Notes under the pieces: model-generated
Database searches by the model: none
What the model was told of the DNA's origin: nothing
What the model saw: only the letters and a program-made list of their open reading frames with translations
Shown here: positions 58,431 to 64,000 of the stretch, piece by piece
Numbering within the stretch: position 1 is the first letter of the stretch
How the letters are laid out: every line of letters begins with the position of its first letter
Made by a program: the position numbers and the translations under genes
Assembly: GCA_963775425.1 (NCBI GenBank)
Contig: CAVZJB010000018.1
Location: 64,001-128,000 of the forward strand
From: an uncultured delta proteobacterium
GTDB taxonomy: Bacteria; Myxococcota; UBA727; VGSZ01
Length of the DNA stretch: 64,000 bases
Direction of reading: 5' to 3'

Positions 58431-59300
58431 GACGTCACCCGCGCCGTGCTCGTCCGCCACCAGCGCTTCCTCTTCTACTTCCGAAAGAAGAACGGCAAGC
58501 CCATGAGCTTCTCGGCGCAGAAGGCGTCGCTGTTGGCCATCCGCAACTTCTTTCGCTGGCTCACCCGCGAAAACGTCATCCCCGCGAACCCCGCCGCCGA
58601 CCTGGAGCTGCCGCGGACCGGGCACAAGCTCCCCAGGCACGTGCTGTCCGTCGAGGAGGTGGAGGCCGTGATGCGCACCGTCGACCTCGAGCACGAGCAC
58701 GGCCTGCGCGACCGCGCCATCCTCGAGGTGCTCTACTCCACCGGCGTCCGCCGGCTCGAGCTGTGCGGGCTCAAGGTGTTCGACGTCGACGAGGACCGGG
58801 GCGTCCTCGCCGTGCGCCAGGGCAAGGGCAAGAAGGACCGCACAGTCCCCATCGGCGCCCGCGCCCTCGCCTGGGTGCGCAAGTACCTCGACGAGGCCCG
58901 GCCCCGCGTGGCCGTCGAGCCCGACGACGGCTGGCTGTTCCTGAACGAGCACGGCGAGGCCATCGGGCCCACCTGGCTGTCGCAGACCGTGAGCCAGCAC
59001 GTCGACGCCGCGAACCTCGACAAGCGCGGGAGCTGCCACCTCTTCCGCCACACCATGGCCACGCTGCTCCTCGAAGGCGGCGCCGACATCCGCTTCATCC
59101 AGGAGATGCTCGGCCACGCCTCGCTCGAGACGACGCAGATCTACACCCACGTCTCCATCGACAAGCTCAAGGCCGTCCACGCCATGGCCCACCCCGCCCA
59201 CCTCGACAGGCCCGCGAAGCCGCCGCCGCCGCCGGATGACGAACCCGCGGCGCGCGCCGATCTGCTCGCCGGCCTCGATGACGACGACGACGACAAGTGA
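58431..59300 (+). CDS. XerD-like tyrosine recombinase, probably 5'-truncated
   Basis: LRDRAILEVLYSTGVR, GKGKKDR, HLFRH, LGH and TTQIY; R-K-H-R-H-Y set intact. Confidence 0.88.
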   Translation, partial: DVTRAVLVRHQRFLFYFRKKNGKPMSFSAQKASLLAIRNFFRWLTRENVIPANPAADLELPRTGHKLPRHVLSVEEVEAVMRTVDLEHEHGLRDRAILEVLYSTGVRRLELCGLKVFDVDEDRGVLAVRQGKGKKDRTVPIGARALAWVRKYLDEARPRVAVEPDDGWLFLNEHGEAIGPTWLSQTVSQHVDAANLDKRGSCHLFRHTMATLLLEGGADIRFIQEMLGHASLETTQIYTHVSIDKLKAVHAMAHPAHLDRPAKPPPPPDDEPAARADLLAGLDDDDDDK

Positions 59301-59313
59301 CGAAGAGGACGTT

Positions 59314-59568
59314 ATGCTTGAGCCCATGGTGACGATGAACATCTCGCTCGACGAAGACTTGGCGAAGGCCATCGAGGACCTCGCGAAGCGGACGAACCGG
59401 CCGGTGGACAGCATCGTCGCTGACGCCACTCGTGCGCACGTCGAGTACACACAGAGGCTCCTCGCTTCGATCGAAGCGGGCCTCGCGGACGCCGATGCCG
59501 GGCGCCTGCACACGATCGAGGAAGTCGAAGCCGAGCTCGCTCGTCGACGCGCTGCTCGAGCGCGCTGA
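59314..59568 (+). CDS. CopG/RHH-type antitoxin
   Basis: TMNISLDEDL...LAKRTNR, IEAGLADADAGR; coupled to the toxin by TGATG. Confidence 0.85.
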   Translation: MLEPMVTMNISLDEDLAKAIEDLAKRTNRPVDSIVADATRAHVEYTQRLLASIEAGLADADAGRLHTIEEVEAELARRRAARAR

Positions 59569-59882
59569 TGCGCGTCGCGTTGACGACGCAGGCGCTCGAG
59601 CGGCTCGCCGACATCGAAGCCTTCGTGGGCGTGAAGAACCCCGAGGCCGCGGCGAAGATCTCCGCGAAGATCACGGCGAAGGCCCGCAAGCTCGAAGACC
59701 TCGGCTTCGCCCGCCTCGGGCGCAAGGTGCCCGAGCTCGACGTGGACGACATCCGCGAGGTGCTCGAAGGCAACTACAGGATCCTCTACCGCATCCACAG
59801 CGACGACTTCCTCGAAGTGATCACCATCTTCGACGGAAGGCAGGAGGAGTTCCCCTTCGACGACGTCCTCGACGGAGAGTGA
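59568..59882 (+). CDS. RelE/ParE-family toxin
   Basis: A.ERLADI..F....NPEAA, GRKVPE, IREV..GNYRILY and ITIFDGR. Confidence 0.88.
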   Translation: MRVALTTQALERLADIEAFVGVKNPEAAAKISAKITAKARKLEDLGFARLGRKVPELDVDDIREVLEGNYRILYRIHSDDFLEVITIFDGRQEEFPFDDVLDGE

Positions 59883-59976
59883 GCCCAGCCGAACGCCCGC
59901 CGCGCTCCCCCTCGACCACAGCCGAAATCGCCCCGGCCCCCAAACAGCTCCGGAGTACGCCCGCCGCGGCGTGCGA

Positions 59977-59995
59977 CGATAATGGCCCATTATCG
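59977..59995. other. Palindrome CGATAATGG-C-CCATTATCG, candidate recombinase site
   Basis: Perfect 9-bp arms; ATAA-N7-TTAT resembles Xer-type sites. Confidence 0.4.
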
Positions 59996-60203
59996 CGCAC
60001 GGCCCGCGTCACGAGCCGTGCAAGCAGACCGTCGACGAGAGTCTCATCGTCAAGGCAGCACGCGCCGCGCCCGGCTTCGCGTGCGTCGTCGCCGCCGGCT
60101 CGCTGCGCTCGCCGTCGTCGACGACACACGCTCTCGCCGGGCACGTCGACGTGCAACCCTCAGAAACTCGCACGGCTCGCGCCGCGGCCTACCCGCGGCG
60201 GGC

Positions 60204-60231
60204 TTGACGTAACGCCAGGGCGTTACGTCAA
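60204..60231. other. Perfect 13-bp inverted repeat TTGACGTAACGCC-AG-GGCGTTACGTCAA
   Basis: Read directly; no U-tract follows. Confidence 0.6.
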
Positions 60232-60693
60232 CTCCGGAGCGCCCGTGTCCGTCGACGAGAGATGCCGGGGCGCCGAGACCGCCCACCCACCCCGCGCGGC
60301 GGGCTCCGCGACCACAGCCGCGCGCGCAGCCGCCGCGAGCACAGCCCGACGTGCGCGTCACGGGTCGTGCAGCCCGCGCGTCGCGTCGCTCACCTCGAGA
60401 CGCACGGCCCGCGCCGCGCCGCACGCCGCTCGAGTCTGCCGGCCCGAGGCCCGCGCTGCGCGCGCGGGCTCGCGTTCACCGCAGGGCCTCCGAGCGCGCC
60501 GGCCACGAGGCCGGCCCCGCGCTCGTCGGCGAAGCCAGCGCCCCGCTGTTGCACGATCCCCACGGCGCCGCTGACGGCGCTACCCTTGACCTCGTGGAGG
60601 CCGCAGAGCTCGCCTCAGGCGCTCTTGTCGCACGACGCCCACCCGCGCCGGGCGACCTCGTCGCGCTACGGTACGACGCGTCTGAACGAACCT

Positions 60694-61113
60694 TCCCCGA
60701 GCTCGGACAGTTCACCGGACCCGACCCACTCGCGATGGGCACGGCGTACGGGCACTTCGGTGCCCAGGCCTACGGCTATGCCGCAGGGCGGCCGTTCGCG
60801 TTCGTCGATCCCGATGGTTTGCAGGACCAGAACAAGGTCGTCATGGAGCCCGCTGGCGGGTCTCCCGTCGAGCTCGCTAACGGCGGGTCTGCGGGCGAAG
60901 CAGCCGCTGGAGAAGAAGTCGCTGAAGCTGCTGCCAGCACAAGCCTCCGAAGGATGGGCACAAGACTCGTGTGCTTCAGCACTCCGCTCTGTGCTGCTTT
61001 GTTGCTTACCGCGATGATCGATAACGACGACGACGTTTCGGGCGCGAACCGCCCGCGCGCAACAACGTCCACAAAAGGGCCGCGTCTTGTTTTCGAACAA
61101 CCACCAACGAATA
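60694..61113 (+). pseudogene. Orphan Rhs core fragment with an alternative C-terminal tip
   Basis: 60694-60817 is a diverged copy of 55159-55282 (PELGQFTGPDP..MGTAY.HFGAQA..Y..GRPF..VDPDG), followed by unrelated sequence. Confidence 0.85.
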
Positions 61114-62117
61114 TGGCGACGTGCTCGAAGTCGACGAGCTCGACGACCTCGACGTCTACCGGCAACGCGCGGCTGAGGGCTTCGGGCAGCGCGCTCAGCT
61201 CCGGCGCCGCGTCTTGAACACAGTGCACCCGCGCGTGGGGGTTGGCATCGAGGAGCCACACAACGTCGGCGGCGACGCGGTCGGCGAGTTGCGCAGGATC
61301 GGCGTCGGCCTCGACTGCGCACCTCCACGTGCCCAGCTCGTCGCCCTTCGTGTCGTAGGCCGTCGTGCTGCCCACCCACGCCATGCGGTAGTGCTGCTCG
61401 CTCGGCGGTGGAGGCGCTCGCTCGTAGGGCTCAGCGCGAGTGCGCGCCGCGCCGTCGACGATCTCGTTCATGCGCACCGCCATTCGGTCCAGGCCGCAGC
61501 TCACCGACGCGACGCCGCGCGGCGGTCCCTCGTCGTCGCGCGAGGCCTGTTCGAGCTCCGCGGCGGCATCTGCGACCTCGACGCCGATGCGGGTCACGTG
61601 GTCTTGGAGGAACGCGCGACTCGGTGGAACGTAGCCGACGGCGACGAGGGTCCGGTCCAACGCGCGGCTGTTGTGATCCGCGGTCAAGCGACCGACGACG
61701 CGCGCCATGTCCGGCGTCATCTGCTCGACGATACCGACGCGGAGCTCGATCGGCTTGATCGTCGGACCGTTGTGCACGCCGACCGCGCGATAGAGCGCCT
61801 CCTCGATGTGATGCGCGCCGAAGCGGCCGAAGTACGTCGCCGACGAGGCCTGCTCAAGTCGGCGGAACTTCTTGCCATCGACGTCGACTTCCTCTCCGTT
61901 CGTCACCAACTCGCGCAGGTCGTCGTCCTCCGCCTTCCACAAGGCGTCCCTCATGATTTCGTAGTCAGCGTCGCGTCGCTGCTCGAACGTCGCGTTCGGC
62001 CCCACGCGCTCCTGGCGGGCGCGCCGCAGTTTCTCCACCATGTCGTCGACGAGCTTCGCGCGCTCCGGGCTCATCGCTGGCCTTCCACGCACCGGCTTCT
62101 TCGTGGGGGGCGCCTTC
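61114..62117 (-). mobile_element. Inverted internal fragment (1004 bp) of the ISKra4-like transposase, without IRs
   Basis: Reverse complement of 55471-56474; translations are identical. Confidence 0.9.
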
Positions 62118-62293
62118 GGTGTGAAGAAGCTCTGCATGCGCTTGAAGAACTGCAAGGGCAGACCGGCGCGATCGCGTACCTCAAGCGCAAGTATTGGCTG
62201 CTTTCCGTCGATTCCAATTGTCCCGAGGGCACGGCTCAAGCGGCTCATGAACAATATGGTGGGTAAAGCCACCCGCAAGAAACGACCATTTAC

Positions 62294-62899
62294 GTGCAAC
62301 CCCTCCCGCCCATTTCAGATGACTTAGAAGTCAAGCTCTTTCTCGAGACGCTCGCCGAGACATTCAGCGATAGGCAAATTACAGAGGTAACTTGTGCGAC
62401 GTCCATGTTTCGGCCGAACCCCATCAGCCGACTGCGCTCACGGGTACAGTTCTCCTTCCACGATCCTGTGGCAAAATTTGGAGCTGATCTCGACGTGCGA
62501 ATCCGCGACGAGGAAAGTAACACGGAAATTGGCGACATAGAGTGTTGCCGCGGGCGGACCGTGCTGCGTGCGAACGGAAGGAGCACAGAATTTCCATCAT
62601 TAAGAGGGGCACTTCAGTCGTTTGAAAACGCAACGGCTTCGGGGAGTGTTCACCTTGCTTGGTTCATATTTCCGTTGGATGACGAATGGTGGCGTAGCCA
62701 ACTGATATCTGGGAAATTCTTGCCCCCATCGCCTTCGGGTGTGGTCCGAATTCAACTAAGATGCGATGTTCCTGGCCTAGAATCAGAAGGGCATGATGTT
62801 GAAATATTAAACGGGTTAATCACAAAAGTGGTTGATGTTTCAAGAACTGGCGCGAGAAGTATTGACGAGATAGAATATACGTTCGCCGACCGTAATTGA
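62294..62899 (+). CDS. Low-GC orphan protein, candidate immunity for the second Rhs tip
   Basis: AT-richer 201-aa ORF just after the tip remnant; start uncertain. Confidence 0.45.
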   Translation: MQPLPPISDDLEVKLFLETLAETFSDRQITEVTCATSMFRPNPISRLRSRVQFSFHDPVAKFGADLDVRIRDEESNTEIGDIECCRGRTVLRANGRSTEFPSLRGALQSFENATASGSVHLAWFIFPLDDEWWRSQLISGKFLPPSPSGVVRIQLRCDVPGLESEGHDVEILNGLITKVVDVSRTGARSIDEIEYTFADRN

Positions 62900-63314
62900 A
62901 CAACCTGAGGCGGCGGCATCGACGAATGCGCATAATGAAAAACGTCCGACATACGAAGTTTGAGGTTCGATCTCGCCATTCAGCAAGCGGCGTCTGGCGT
63001 CGACGCCGCTGTCTGCCGCGAGACAGCACGCCGCGCCTTGCTCTGCGCGCGAAGCCGGAAGGAGCGTGGTTTCGCGATCGAGTTCTTGGCACGTTCAGAG
63101 CGTTCCAGCTTTGTGGCCTACAGGTTGACCCGCCAACTCGTTCAACTGTTGCCAGAACTCCCACATGTATGGCGACTCCACTATTCGCAATGCAGTCGCT
63201 TGCGGATACCGCCGGGCCGCCGCGACTGCGAAGCGACAATACGCCGAGCGAAGAAGAGCGCGCGTTGCGGACAAAGCGTCGAAGTCTTTTCCGCCGGAGT
63301 AGCTCTGACGCCCA

Positions 63315-63620
63315 CTACGCGGCCGCCCAACGCTTCGCCTCTGCGTTGAGGATGAGGGCTTCGAGGACGGCCTTGATGTCCTCGCGGTCGAGCTTCTTGA
63401 TGGCCTCGAACTGGAGCTGAAGCTCCTCGTCGGGCTGCCCGCGCTCGTGGGAGACGCGGAGTGAGCTGGCGAGGGCGCGGATGACCTCGAGGGAGGGCTC
63501 TGCGTTACCCGCCTCGTAGCGCTTGATCTGGATGACGTGGACGCCGGCCCTCTTGGCGAGAGCGGCCTGGGTGATGCCCTTTTGCTCCCTGAGGGCGACG
63601 AGCCTCTTCGAAAACGCGTG
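63315..63620 (-). pseudogene. XRE-family HTH regulator lacking a start codon (absent from the ORF track)
   Basis: FSKRLVALREQKGITQAALAKRAGVHVIQIKRYEAGNAEPSLEVIRALASSLRVS...KRWAAA*. Confidence 0.75.
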
Positions 63621-64000
63621 CGCGACCGCGCCATCCTCAAGGTGCTCTACTCCACCGGCGTCCGCAGGCTCGAGCTATGCGGGCTCAAGGTGTTCGACCT
63701 CGACGAGGACCGGGGCGTCCTCGCCGTGCGCCAGGGCAAGGGCAAGAAGGACCGCATCGTTCCGATCGGCGCCCGCGCCCTCGCCTGGGTGCGCAAGTAC
63801 CTCGACGAGGCCCGGCCCCGCGCGGCCATCGAGCCCGACGACGGCTGGCTGTTCTTGAACGAGCACGGAGAGGCCATCGGGCCCACCTGGCTCTCGCAGA
63901 CCGTGAGCCAGCACGTCGACGCCGCCAACCTGAAAAAGCGCGGGAGCTGCCACCTCTTCCGCCACACCATGGCCACGCTGCTCCTCGAGGGAGGCGCCGA
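63619..64000 (+). mobile_element. Second, slightly diverged partial copy of the XerD-like recombinase (runs off the window)
   Basis: Matches 58705 onward with scattered substitutions; begins mid-gene at RDRAIL. Confidence 0.88.

Noticed and set aside
59972-60000. Chromosomal dif site
   Set aside because: Spacer is 7 nt rather than 6, there is no TTATGTTAAAT arm, and the window is origin-proximal
60480-60693. Possible NlpC/P60-like fragment (PAPGDLV) fused before the orphan Rhs core
   Set aside because: Too short, with no catalytic motif or start
55159-60817. Two Rhs core copies as a DGR template/variable repeat pair
   Set aside because: Differences are not adenine-specific and include many synonymous changes

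Overview
Very GC-rich bacterial chromosomal DNA. A Myxococcota-like origin is inferred from Hanks-type Ser/Thr kinases, FHA proteins, MYXO-CTERM-like tails, parA-parB-bactofilin and an Mx162-like retron. Bases 1-19 kb hold metabolic genes and Cys-rich secreted proteins. Bases 19-26 kb look origin-proximal (dnaN, dtd, rsmG, two parS sites, parA, parB, bactofilin) and contain a truncated IS110 whose left end still reads as a bridge RNA. The main finding (30.2-43.7 kb) is a complete retron: an msr/msd ncRNA with a 30-bp perfect msd stem, a1/a2 repeats and a predicted branch G at 42043, plus an Mx162-type RT. Directly upstream is a three-gene block: an ARM/HEAT-like protein, a 2352-aa WD40+HEAT protein with an Asp-rich tail, and a SWIM Zn-finger/WGR-like protein. 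A further structured RNA-like element and an intrinsic terminator lie between that block and msr. Bases 51.6-64 kb are a scrambled Rhs toxin region with ISKra4-like and IS630 elements, duplicated XerD-like recombinases, a RelE/ParE TA pair, low-GC candidate immunity genes and palindromic candidate recombination sites. All family calls come from motif recognition by eye; no database search was run.
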